DNA of 64,000 bases from Nitrosopumilus sp. (GTDB lineage Archaea > Thermoproteota > Nitrososphaeria > Nitrososphaerales > Nitrosopumilaceae). Below the pieces are notes generated by a model that ran no database searches, was not told the origin of the DNA, and saw only the letters and a list, made by a program, of their open reading frames with translations. Made by a program: the position numbers and the translations under genes. Shown piece after piece: positions 27,080-36,200 of the stretch; the stretch's first letter is position 1; each line of letters opens with the position of its first letter. The stretch spans positions 928,001-992,000 of the forward strand of contig OY759726.1 of the NCBI GenBank assembly GCA_963662625.1, in the 5' to 3' direction.

Positions 27080-27808
27080 GTGGCGGGGTGCCAACAGACG
27101 GCATTGGTAGACCTACTCGATCCCAACGCCGTACTCAACAGGATGTTTGACGCGGGAAAGTTTGACGACATGTTCAGCTACTGCCAGACGCTGCTCAAAA
27201 AGGATCCGGGCGACATGCTCGCGCTGCAGAACTCCGCCCTGGCCCTGTTCCGCCTAGAGCAGTATGCCGACGCGGTGGTTTTCTGCGACAGGGTGCTCAA
27301 CACCGCCGACTCTGACTCCTACGCGCTAAAGATCAAGATCTACTGCCTCGAGCGCATGAAAAGGCACGGGCAGGCCTTGGAATGTTGCGCCAGGCTTCTG
27401 GAGGACGACCCGCGCGACGCTTGGGCGCTAAACAGCACGGGCCTGTCGCTGAACGAACTGGACAGGCACGAGGAGGCGATCACGTACTATGACAGGGCGC
27501 TTGCCATCGACGGGGGAGACATCACCGCGCTTATGAACAAGGCGATGTCCCTCTACCACATGGGCGACTACGACGGGTGCATAGCGTGCTATGACAGGGT
27601 GCAGACGCTGGATCCTGCCCAGGCAGACGCGGCGGCGGCAAAGTCCAGGGCCTTCTCCAAGCTGGGGCTCGAGGACGAGGCGTTTCTCGCAGCCCAGGGC
27701 GTCTTGGTAAAGGACATGGAGAAGATAAAGCGGGACGCAAAAAATAACAAGTACACCGTATTTCACCAGTTCTGCACTGACGAGTTCGAGGCCATGAACA
27801 AGAGGTGA
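27080..27808 (+). CDS. Tetratricopeptide repeat protein
   Basis: Repeated 34-aa units (A...YDRAL.IDP). Confidence 0.85.
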   Translation: MAGCQQTALVDLLDPNAVLNRMFDAGKFDDMFSYCQTLLKKDPGDMLALQNSALALFRLEQYADAVVFCDRVLNTADSDSYALKIKIYCLERMKRHGQALECCARLLEDDPRDAWALNSTGLSLNELDRHEEAITYYDRALAIDGGDITALMNKAMSLYHMGDYDGCIACYDRVQTLDPAQADAAAAKSRAFSKLGLEDEAFLAAQGVLVKDMEKIKRDAKNNKYTVFHQFCTDEFEAMNKR

Positions 27809-27851
27809 TCCCTCCTTTCCATTTATAAAAAGAACCGGCCCGCACTAGACA

Positions 27852-28436
27852 ATGTTCACCGGAATAGTGGAGGGCACCGGAAGGGTGGAGAGGATCTCGA
27901 GGGACACGAAAAACAGGAGCGCGGTCAGGATGGCCGTGAACCTAGGAAGGCACGCGCGGGGGCTGAAGGCGGGCCAGTCCGTCGCGCTAAACGGGGTCTG
28001 CCTCACCGTCACGAAGATCTCCAAGTCAACCTGCACATTCGAGATGATCGACGAGACCGTCCGGAAGACGGATCTCGGCAGCCTCGAGCCCGGCGTGACG
28101 GTCAACCTGGAGCGCAGCCTCAGGGCCGGGGAGAGGCTCGAGGGGCATTTCGTGCTTGGCCACGTGGACGGGGTCGGCACGATAACGAAGATCAGCAGCG
28201 CGCCGGGGGAGGTGCGGGTAAGCTTCGAGATTCCCAGGGCGCTGTCAAAGTACGTGGTCAAGAAGGGCTCGATCGCCGTGGACGGGATAAGCCTGACGGT
28301 CACCGGCATAAGGGGCACGCTGGTGTCAGTTAGCCTCATCCCCCACACGATCGACGTCACGAACTTCAAAACAAAACAGCCAGGCGACAAGGTTAATATT
28401 GAAACCGACATCCTTGGGAAATACGTCCTGAAATAA
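27852..28436 (+). CDS. ribE: Riboflavin synthase (bacterial-type alpha chain)
   Basis: MFTGIVE N-terminus, GVCLTV, GHFVLGHVDG, VNIETDILGKY. Confidence 0.96.
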   Translation: MFTGIVEGTGRVERISRDTKNRSAVRMAVNLGRHARGLKAGQSVALNGVCLTVTKISKSTCTFEMIDETVRKTDLGSLEPGVTVNLERSLRAGERLEGHFVLGHVDGVGTITKISSAPGEVRVSFEIPRALSKYVVKKGSIAVDGISLTVTGIRGTLVSVSLIPHTIDVTNFKTKQPGDKVNIETDILGKYVLK

Positions 28437-28515
28437 GCTGCCACACCTACAATTTTATTGGTAGTTACCCATTTTTTAGTAAGCTTTATAATCGCGGCGG
28501 CGGGATTTCAGAATA

Positions 28516-29181
28516 ATGTCCCTTGAAACGGGCCTGGAGACGCTCAGGCAGGGCGAATTCGTCCTGCTGCACGACTCGGAAGGCAGGGAGAACGAGATCG
28601 ACATGGTGGTCGCAGCCGAGTTCGTCACCCCGGAACACGTGGCGCGGATGCGGCGGCACGCTGGCGGCCTCCTGTGCATGGCAGTGGACAACGGCTTTGC
28701 CAGCTCGCTTGGCCTGAGGTACATGCACGAGCTGCTCGCAGAGCACCCCGATTCGGACAGGGAGATGATCATGGGGCTCGCCCCGTACGGCGACCACCCC
28801 ACGTTCTCGATTTCGGTAAATCACTACCAGACATACACCGGCATCACCGACAACGACAGGTCGCTGACCATACGCGAGCTTGCCAACATCCACGGGGTTG
28901 AAAACAAGAGGAAGAGGTTCATCTCGTCATTCAAGACGCCTGGCCACGTCCCCATCCTGATCGCGTCGCGGGGACTGCTGCATGAAAGGCAGGGGCACAC
29001 GGAAATGTCGGTATACCTGGCACGCGTGGCAGGCCTGACGCCGGTCACCGCGATATGCGAGATGATGGACGCGGAGACATACAAGGCCCTGTCCCTTGAG
29101 AAGGCGCATAGGTATGCGAGGCAGAACGGGATCCAGCTGGTCGACAGCAGGGAGCTCCTGGAATACGCCAAGGTGCATTAA
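28516..29181 (+). CDS. ribB: 3,4-dihydroxy-2-butanone 4-phosphate synthase
   Basis: RENEIDMV, PGHV, RQGHTE, ICEMM. Confidence 0.95.
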   Translation: MSLETGLETLRQGEFVLLHDSEGRENEIDMVVAAEFVTPEHVARMRRHAGGLLCMAVDNGFASSLGLRYMHELLAEHPDSDREMIMGLAPYGDHPTFSISVNHYQTYTGITDNDRSLTIRELANIHGVENKRKRFISSFKTPGHVPILIASRGLLHERQGHTEMSVYLARVAGLTPVTAICEMMDAETYKALSLEKAHRYARQNGIQLVDSRELLEYAKVH

Positions 29182-29183
29182 CA

Positions 29184-29600
29184 TTGAACATCGCCGTAGT
29201 GGTCTCGGACTTTCACGAAGAGGTGACCTCCAGGATGCTTCTGGTAGCAGAGGAAAAAGCAGCGGAACTCAAACTGGATGTGACGCACGTCTGCAGGGTC
29301 CCGGGCGCCTACGACATGCCGGTCCTGGTGGACTCGCTGCTGCGTAGGGCCGACGTCGACGCGGTAGTGACGCTGGGGGCCGTCATAAGGGGGCAGACGA
29401 GGCATGACGAGGTGATCGCCCACGCCGCCGCCCTGGCGCTGACCGACCTTTCCATAAAACACGGGAAACCCGTGTCCCTGGGGGTGTCGGGGCCGGGCAT
29501 GCACGCGAGGCACGCCCATGCGAGAATACGGCCCGTGGCAGAACGCGCAGTGCTGGCAGCGGTAAAGATTTACGACGAGCTCGGCAAGGTTAGGAAATGA
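29184..29600 (+). CDS. ribH: 6,7-dimethyl-8-ribityllumazine synthase
   Basis: VPGAYDMP, LGAVIRGQTRHD. Confidence 0.95.
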   Translation: MNIAVVVSDFHEEVTSRMLLVAEEKAAELKLDVTHVCRVPGAYDMPVLVDSLLRRADVDAVVTLGAVIRGQTRHDEVIAHAAALALTDLSIKHGKPVSLGVSGPGMHARHAHARIRPVAERAVLAAVKIYDELGKVRK

Positions 29601-30349
29601 TCCAGCTGAGCATTCTCAAGATCATGGGGTACGGCCCATGGACCCTGACGCTGGGAAGCGACAGGGAACACGAACTGCAGATGCTCCAGGCGTCGCTGTA
29701 CAGGGAAGTGCAGAGGCTGTTTTCAGAGAAGGGCTGCATAGTGTTCCTGAACCGGTTCGACGAGTTCTTCGCGGTATCCAACGGCCTGACGCTTGACGAG
29801 CACGTGGCCATCCAGGAGAGCCTCGAAAAGTCGTTTGACGTCCGGCTCTCGGTCTCGATCGGCAGCGCCGAATCCCCCTTCGAGGCCAACCTCGCGGCGC
29901 ACGAGGGGATGAAGAGAGAGGCGGTCCTAAACGAGGAGCACAGCATCTTCGGTTCCGTGAACGGCGAGTCGCCGCACGCCGTGTCGATAATGCACCTCGA
30001 CGTCGACAACCTCGCCTCGAGGAAGCGGACGGACTCCCCCTACGAGATCTCGTCGAAGATCTTCGAGCTGTACGCCATGATGTCGAAATACTTTCTTGCA
30101 AGAAACTCGCTGGCCTTCTTCATGGGCGGGGACAACTTCATGGTGGTGGCAGACGGCGGCGCAAAAAAATCCGCCAGCGAGTTCATCAGCATAGCCAGGA
30201 AGGAACTCGGCATCGCCCTCAACTGCGGCATCGGCAACGCGGCGACCGCAAGGGAGGCCATAAGGCTTGCCACAAAGTCGCTTGACACAATCAGGGAGAT
30301 ACGGGATTCGGGCAGGGAAAAGCCCGACGTCTACGAGATGTCATGCTAG
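29597..30349 (+). CDS. arfA: GTP cyclohydrolase III (archaeal)
   Basis: GYGPWTLTLGSDREHELQMLQ, RFD, FMGGDN. Confidence 0.9.
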   Translation: MIQLSILKIMGYGPWTLTLGSDREHELQMLQASLYREVQRLFSEKGCIVFLNRFDEFFAVSNGLTLDEHVAIQESLEKSFDVRLSVSIGSAESPFEANLAAHEGMKREAVLNEEHSIFGSVNGESPHAVSIMHLDVDNLASRKRTDSPYEISSKIFELYAMMSKYFLARNSLAFFMGGDNFMVVADGGAKKSASEFISIARKELGIALNCGIGNAATAREAIRLATKSLDTIREIRDSGREKPDVYEMSC

Positions 30350-31533
30350 TCAGGAACGTCGGCGCCCTCCTGGGCAAGGAACTCGAGTACGCCCGAAGGA
30401 CCAGCATCAGGATATCCGGCGGCAGGTTCTCGCAGATCCGGCCCGCCCTCAGCCGGAGGGCGGGCGAGGAGGCAGTAGACTGCGAGGGGCTGCTGGCACT
30501 CCCGGGATTCGTCAACTGCCATACCCACCTGGGAGACTCGATAGCAAAGGACGTCTTTCTTAACAGCTCCGTCGACAAGAGGATCCACCCGGTATTCGGG
30601 ATCAAGCCGAGGATCCTGAGGAACACCGGGGAGGGACACCTTGCCAGTTTCATGAGGAACTCGTGCATCTCAATGATGAGGAAGGGAATAACCACCTTTG
30701 CGGATTTTCGGGAGGGCGGGGTCCCGGGGGTGCTGCTGTTGAGGAAGGCCCTGTCGGGGCTTCCCATCCGGCCCGTCATACTGGGACGGCTGGAACTGTA
30801 CCACGCCCCCCGCGAGATCAGGCGGGACGCCGGGTTCCCAAGGGACAGGGCATGCGAGCTTGCCGATCTAGCCGGCTCGTGCGACGGGCTTGGCATCAGC
30901 GGAGCCAATGAGAACAGCGCCTCCGTGCTACGCCATTACTCCGGGACGCCGAAACTGAGGGCGATCCACGCGGCCGAGACCGAACAAAGCGCCTCCGCCT
31001 CGAAGAAGCTCACGGGCAGGTCAGAGACCTCAAGGGCGCTGGGCCTCAAGCCGCACTTCTTGGTGCACATGACCCACGCGTCAAGGGCGGATCTGCGCTC
31101 CGCGGCCAGGCGTTCCGTGGGGATCGTGGCGTGCCCGAGGGCCAACGCCGCCCTTGCGGAAGGGATCCCGGACATAGGACTGATGCAAGGGTCAGGCTGC
31201 ACCGTGGGGCTGGGTACCGACAACGTTATGGTAAACTCGCCTGACATGTTCAGGGAGATGGACTACGCCTGGAAGGCGACCATGGGCCTTGGCAAGAAGC
31301 GGGTGGATCCGGGGGGGATCCTGAAGATGGCCACCGTCAACGGGGGGAGGATCCTGCGCATGGACGTCGGCGCCATCGAGGGGGGCATGCTTGCCGACTG
31401 CATATTCCTGGACAAGCACGCCCTGGATCTGGAGCCGATGCACAGCCCGCACGCGTCAATAGTGCACAGGGCCAGCGAGGCGTCAATCCGGGCGGTGATG
31501 ATCGGGGGAAGGGTAGTGCATGGAAAGCTGTAG
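30343..31533 (+). CDS. Metal-dependent amidohydrolase/deaminase within the riboflavin operon
   Basis: PGFVNCHTHLGD, IHAAE, LVHMTH, CPRAN, GTDN motifs; overlaps both neighbours. Confidence 0.88.
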   Translation: MLVRNVGALLGKELEYARRTSIRISGGRFSQIRPALSRRAGEEAVDCEGLLALPGFVNCHTHLGDSIAKDVFLNSSVDKRIHPVFGIKPRILRNTGEGHLASFMRNSCISMMRKGITTFADFREGGVPGVLLLRKALSGLPIRPVILGRLELYHAPREIRRDAGFPRDRACELADLAGSCDGLGISGANENSASVLRHYSGTPKLRAIHAAETEQSASASKKLTGRSETSRALGLKPHFLVHMTHASRADLRSAARRSVGIVACPRANAALAEGIPDIGLMQGSGCTVGLGTDNVMVNSPDMFREMDYAWKATMGLGKKRVDPGGILKMATVNGGRILRMDVGAIEGGMLADCIFLDKHALDLEPMHSPHASIVHRASEASIRAVMIGGRVVHGKL

Positions 31534-32221
31534 GCCCCGCATCATCCTGAGCGCGGCGATGTCCGCAGACGGAAAGATCGCCACCGTCTCTGGCGATTCC
31601 AAGCTGTCGTCGCGCAGGGACAGCGTCAGGGTCCACAAGCTCCGCTCCAGGGTCGACGCAATCCTGATTGGCAAGAACACGGCAGTCCGCGACGACCCGC
31701 TCCTGACGGTGCGCCTTGCCAGGGGGAAAAACCCGATCCGCGTAATCCTGGACTCGTCGGGGGGCCTCCCACCCACCTCAAAAATCCTGAAGACGTGCCA
31801 CGACGTCCCCACGATCATCGCAGTATCCAAGAAAATCCCCCAGAGGAGGCTGTCCCGGCTGCGCAGTCTCCCAGTCGAGGTGGTCGTCGCCGGGCAAAAC
31901 ACGGTCAGCCTGAGGCTGCTGATGGGCACGCTGGCCAAAAAAGGCATCAAGTCGGTCCTCGTGGAGGGCGGCGGCACCGTGAACTGGGCCCTATTCAAGG
32001 ACGGCCTGTTCGACGAGCTGTACATCGCGGTGTCGCCTTTCATAGTCGGAGGTGCCAGGGCGGTGCCACTGGTCGGGGGAAGGGGGTTCGGGACGGTCGC
32101 GGGCTCTGCCAGGCTCTCCCTGGTCTCCGCTGCCAGGCTGGGGGACCACGTCGTCCTGCACTACAAGAGGGCGCCCCCCGCCGGTCCGCGGGCCGCGCCT
32201 ACCCGTGCCGGAGCATTCTGA
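31520..32221 (+). CDS. arfC: 2,5-diamino-6-ribosylamino-4(3H)-pyrimidinone 5'-phosphate reductase (RibD C-domain only)
   Basis: AMSADGKIA, DDPLLTVR, VEGGG; no deaminase domain. Confidence 0.92.
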   Translation: MESCRPRIILSAAMSADGKIATVSGDSKLSSRRDSVRVHKLRSRVDAILIGKNTAVRDDPLLTVRLARGKNPIRVILDSSGGLPPTSKILKTCHDVPTIIAVSKKIPQRRLSRLRSLPVEVVVAGQNTVSLRLLMGTLAKKGIKSVLVEGGGTVNWALFKDGLFDELYIAVSPFIVGGARAVPLVGGRGFGTVAGSARLSLVSAARLGDHVVLHYKRAPPAGPRAAPTRAGAF

Positions 32222-32231
32222 GGCCGGGCCT

Positions 32232-32753
32232 CTAGAAGACCTGCTGCATGTCTTTTTTTATCTCGTCTATCTTCCTGGCATACGCCTTCTTTGACCGGTC
32301 GTTCTTCTTCAAGTTCAGGACGTTCCCGCACGACGGGCACTTGAACATCTCCTCCAGCGCCTCCTCGAACGTGACCCTAGGGCAGTCGTCGTTCTTGCAG
32401 TGGTAAAAGTCAGACGCGTTCTCGTAGTCCAGCCTCTGCTGCAGCCTCTCTGCGATCTTCTTCTTCTGGTTCTCGATAAAGTTTTCAACCTCCTCCCGCC
32501 TGGTCCTCCACCTGTACACGAACCAGCCCTTCCTCTCGTCCTTGACCCTTATCCCGGTGATCAGGGACTTTCCGAACAGGTCGTACAGCACCTTTCTAAC
32601 CATGTTTATCCTCAGCCCCGTGGAGCTGGCAATCTCCTCGTCCGTGGCGTCGTCCGCCTTCAGGAGGGATCTGGCCACCTTGAGGTACTCGTCCCCCCCG
32701 ATCATCGCGGCGATCCTGACAAACGGATCCTCGTACTTGTCCACCAAGCGCAT
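32232..32753 (-). CDS. tfe: Transcription factor E (alpha)
   Basis: TDEEIA...VRKVLYDL...GWFVYRW; FKCPSCG. Confidence 0.95.
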   Translation of the reverse strand: MRLVDKYEDPFVRIAAMIGGDEYLKVARSLLKADDATDEEIASSTGLRINMVRKVLYDLFGKSLITGIRVKDERKGWFVYRWRTRREEVENFIENQKKKIAERLQQRLDYENASDFYHCKNDDCPRVTFEEALEEMFKCPSCGNVLNLKKNDRSKKAYARKIDEIKKDMQQVF

Positions 32754-32773
32754 TCCCTCCCGGCCCCCCGTTA

Positions 32774-33304
32774 TTAATCCCTTGTCTCCCTCACCACGAC
32801 GTTCTTGCCTTTTTTTACGGGCACTATCTGCCGCCTTGCCCCCGCAAACCCCCCCGCGAACTGGCCCCCGCCTTGGACGCGGTCCAGGAATATGGCCAGG
32901 GCGCTGATCTCGGAGTGGGGCTGGGTCCCTATCGACACGTTAAAGTCGGCAAGCTCGTATGCCTCCCTCGGAACCTTTTCTGCCCCCACGACCACCAGCA
33001 TGTCCTTCTCCGCCCGCAGTTCCGCCTGGACGTCGTTGATCGGTTCGCCGTACATGGTAAGGTGGACTATCTTGAAGGCCCCCTTCTTTTCCCTCACCAC
33101 GCGCCTCCAGCCGTCGATGAATTCGATCTCGAAGCTGCCCCCCCAGGTTGCGTTGACCTTGCTTATCGTGTCCTTGATCTCGGGATTCACCTCGGTCATG
33201 AAGATCCTTCTGGCGCCAAAGGCCCTTGCGACCAGCGCCACGTGCGTGGTCACCCTGTCGTCCCTGACCGGCCTCTGCCCGATCCGCACCACCTCAATTG
33301 CCAT
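32774..33304 (-). CDS. trm56: tRNA (cytidine56-2'-O)-methyltransferase
   Basis: [37 protein letters not shown]. Confidence 0.96.
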   Translation of the reverse strand: MAIEVVRIGQRPVRDDRVTTHVALVARAFGARRIFMTEVNPEIKDTISKVNATWGGSFEIEFIDGWRRVVREKKGAFKIVHLTMYGEPINDVQAELRAEKDMLVVVGAEKVPREAYELADFNVSIGTQPHSEISALAIFLDRVQGGGQFAGGFAGARRQIVPVKKGKNVVVRETRD

Positions 33305-34409
33305 GCCCGCCCCCCGGCCCCGGCTGCCCGCCGTCCGGCCGCGGTGCCCCCTGCCCCCTGACGACGCCGGCTATCATGCCCTTCAGCCCGGAGATGTTCT
33401 GGCCAGTGGCTGCCGATACCGGCACGTGCCTTTCGTCGTTCAGCTTCAGCCCGTCTATCTTCCCCCGCATCTCCCCCGGCCCGAGGAGGTCCGCCTTGTT
33501 CAGCGCGAACACGATCCTGTCCTTCTCCACCCCGAGCTCGCCCAGCGTCCCCATGCAGCTCCTGAACTTCTTCTTCATGTCGCCCCCGGGATCGCTGGCG
33601 TCCACTACGACGACGACCACGTCCGTGTGGACCAGCTCCTCCAGCGTCGACTTGAAGGCGTCGATCATGTATGCCGGCAGCTTGCTGATGAAGCCCACAG
33701 TGTCGGAGATCAGGAACGGCTCCCGGCCGATGGCCGTCCTCCTCGTCGTGGTGGACAGGGTGGTGAACAGCTCGTCGCCCTCCGCGCGCGCCTCCCCCGT
33801 CATCCTGTTGAACAGCGTCGTCTTGCCCGCGGACGTGTACCCTGCCAGGGACGCCGTCTTGAACCCGAGCCTCTTCCTTCCTTGGCGGTGCAGCTCCCTC
33901 TGCTTGCCGGCCTTTTCCAGCTTGGCCATGACCGACTGCATCCTGTGTTTGATGTCGTTGTAGTAGACGTCGACCCCGAACTTCCCGATGCCCATGAACC
34001 CGGGCTGCTCCCCCATGCTGGCCAGGCGAACCCTTTCCTTTGCCCTTGCCATCTCGTACCGCAGCTGTGCAAGCTTTACCTGCAGTTTCGATTCCGCGCT
34101 AGACGCCCTCTTCTCGAAAATCTTGAGAATCAGGGTCTCCCTGTCAAGTATCTCCTTGCGCAGGGCGGACGCGAGGTTGTAGTTCTGCACCGGCTTCAGT
34201 ATCTCGTCATACACGATCACGTCGGGCCTGATCGCCTGGGACGTCTCCTTGAGGCCGTCAAGGGCCTCCTTGCTGATCCCGTACTTGGGCCGCTTCAGGA
34301 AGTCCTGCCTCACCGTGTGGATGATCTCGTAGCCGGCCGCATCGCACAGGCCCTCGGCCTCGTTGAGCGCGTCGTCCACGTCATACGTGATCAGAACCGC
34401 AGAATCCAC
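33294..34409 (-). CDS. hflX: GTPase HflX
   Basis: [24 protein letters not shown]. Confidence 0.95.
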   Translation of the reverse strand: MDSAVLITYDVDDALNEAEGLCDAAGYEIIHTVRQDFLKRPKYGISKEALDGLKETSQAIRPDVIVYDEILKPVQNYNLASALRKEILDRETLILKIFEKRASSAESKLQVKLAQLRYEMARAKERVRLASMGEQPGFMGIGKFGVDVYYNDIKHRMQSVMAKLEKAGKQRELHRQGRKRLGFKTASLAGYTSAGKTTLFNRMTGEARAEGDELFTTLSTTTRRTAIGREPFLISDTVGFISKLPAYMIDAFKSTLEELVHTDVVVVVVDASDPGGDMKKKFRSCMGTLGELGVEKDRIVFALNKADLLGPGEMRGKIDGLKLNDERHVPVSAATGQNISGLKGMIAGVVRGQGAPRPDGGQPGPGGGHGN

Positions 34410-34654
34410 ACCGACAGTCGCCGCCCCCGTAAGTTAAACATTCCATCCGTGCCCCCGAGCCTTTCCCCGCCGGCCCGGAGCGCGTCCGGGCCCGCAGGAT
34501 CCCCGCGCCCGGCCGCGACGCGGGGCGTGCCCCGGAACCGATCTCCCGACAGAGGGGCCGGCCGCGCGGGACGCCGGGTCCGGAACCGCGCCCAAAGGCG
34601 CAGCCGCGACCTGAATAATCGATAAATACCTTCCGTGCGTTATATACCGGTAGG

Positions 34655-35515
34655 ATGGGCATAGACGTCTTTGACAACTCCCTGGTGGAGCCGATAGGAA
34701 TCAGGATGATCAGGCCGTCCCAATCCCCGGTAAGGTATGCGGATCCGGCTGACTCGGCCGAACTGGCCAACCTTAAATCGAGCATAAAGGAGCACGGCCT
34801 GCTCCAACCCATAGTGGTGCGCCCCCTGGAGCACGGGTTTGAGATCGTCGCGGGCCACAGGCGGTTTGCGGCCTGCAAATCCCTCCGGTGGAGGTTCATC
34901 CCATGCAAGATATGCGAGTTCTCAGACAAGCAGGCCTATGAAATCCAGCTCACTGAAAACCTGCAGCGAAAGACGATGGATCCGATAGAGGAGGCGGAGG
35001 CCTACCAAAAATACGTCGTCGACTTTGGCTGGGGAGGGGTAAGCGAACTGGGAAGGAAGATCGGCAAGAGCGAGGAGTACGTCTCGCACAGGATGCAGCT
35101 CCTAAAGCTTCCCGAGGACGTCCGCGTGAAGGTCGCCGGCAACGCCATCGGCATAAGCCAGGCCTTGGAGATCACAACCGCCGATCCCTCGATCAAGGAG
35201 GAACTGGCAAACGACATCGCGTGCAACAAACTGACAGTCAGGCAAATCAGGCAGATAAAACACAGGCTGGCCAAATCCCGGAAAAATGACTTTGACGCGT
35301 ACGCAAAGTCCAAGGGGGATCAGGTCATCCGAAAAAGCAGCCTGGCCCTGAGGATCGCGCTGTCCAGGATCGACGACCTGGTGGAGGACGCGCACCGGGC
35401 AAACGCAAAGGAGCGAACCGAGCTGGTCCAGTTTCTGCTGGGACTCCGCAGGAGGGTCCATTCCATGATCGACGACACGCTCAAGTACAAAAAAGAGCGG
35501 TCAAAAAACCGGTAG
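34655..35515 (+). CDS. ParB/Spo0J-family protein (no ParA adjacent)
   Basis: GLLQPIVVR, VAGHRR, ENLQR, HTH. Confidence 0.9.
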   Translation: MGIDVFDNSLVEPIGIRMIRPSQSPVRYADPADSAELANLKSSIKEHGLLQPIVVRPLEHGFEIVAGHRRFAACKSLRWRFIPCKICEFSDKQAYEIQLTENLQRKTMDPIEEAEAYQKYVVDFGWGGVSELGRKIGKSEEYVSHRMQLLKLPEDVRVKVAGNAIGISQALEITTADPSIKEELANDIACNKLTVRQIRQIKHRLAKSRKNDFDAYAKSKGDQVIRKSSLALRIALSRIDDLVEDAHRANAKERTELVQFLLGLRRRVHSMIDDTLKYKKERSKNR

Positions 35516-35547
35516 GCGCGCGGGGATCCTGCGGCCTGGCGCCCGGC

Positions 35548-36087
35548 TCACTTTCCGATAAACGGGGGAAACCATTCCTTGAGGAACCTCTCGTATTCGA
35601 ATTTGGTGTACGTCAGGGCATAAAGCGAGGCGTTGGTCTGCGGGATGAAATCATACACCTCGTATGTCTGCAATATGTCCCCGAACAGGTTCCTGTAGAT
35701 GTCGTTTTCCTCGTCTGCCATCTCCGACGTCAAAAAAGATTTTATCGTAATCCAGTCGTACCCGCCCCTAGTCTTGCCTGAAAAGACAACGAACGGGGCG
35801 TCCTTGAGGTACTTCTTCAGGCCCTCGAGCCTCTTCGGCAGGGCCTGGGACGTCCTGAACGTCACCAGATCCACCCGGATGACCCTCCCCGGCAGTTTCC
35901 TCGAATCCACCGTAATGGTATAGTTTTTGATGACCCCCTCGTCCTCCAGCATCTGCGTCCTTGCCTCGATCTCCTCCTCCGAGATGTTGTAGCCCGAACC
36001 CCTCAAAAAGTCCCAAATCTCGAACGCCCCCTGCTTGGAGTTCTGGCTGAGGGCCGCGATGATCAGCTCGTCTATCTTGTCTACCAT
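35548..36087 (-). CDS. Lrp/AsnC-family transcriptional regulator
   Basis: DKIDELII...LEDEGVIKNYTI wHTH plus RAM-like C-domain; divergent from the urea transporter. Confidence 0.75.
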   Translation of the reverse strand: MVDKIDELIIAALSQNSKQGAFEIWDFLRGSGYNISEEEIEARTQMLEDEGVIKNYTITVDSRKLPGRVIRVDLVTFRTSQALPKRLEGLKKYLKDAPFVVFSGKTRGGYDWITIKSFLTSEMADEENDIYRNLFGDILQTYEVYDFIPQTNASLYALTYTKFEYERFLKEWFPPFIGK

Positions 36088-36200
36088 TTACCCACATTCG
36101 TCCTTCCCATATTTAACAGATTTACCGGGGTGCGCGGGGCCGCGCGCCGCGGGACGGAGCCATTGTTTTAATACCGCAAGCGCCCACCTTTTACCTTACG

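Noticed and set aside
32805-34625. 606-aa plus-strand ORF and similar long antisense ORFs elsewhere (e.g. 52296-53684, 36807-38012)
   Set aside because: Shadow ORFs of trm56/hflX and the transporters; stop codons are rare in this GC-rich DNA
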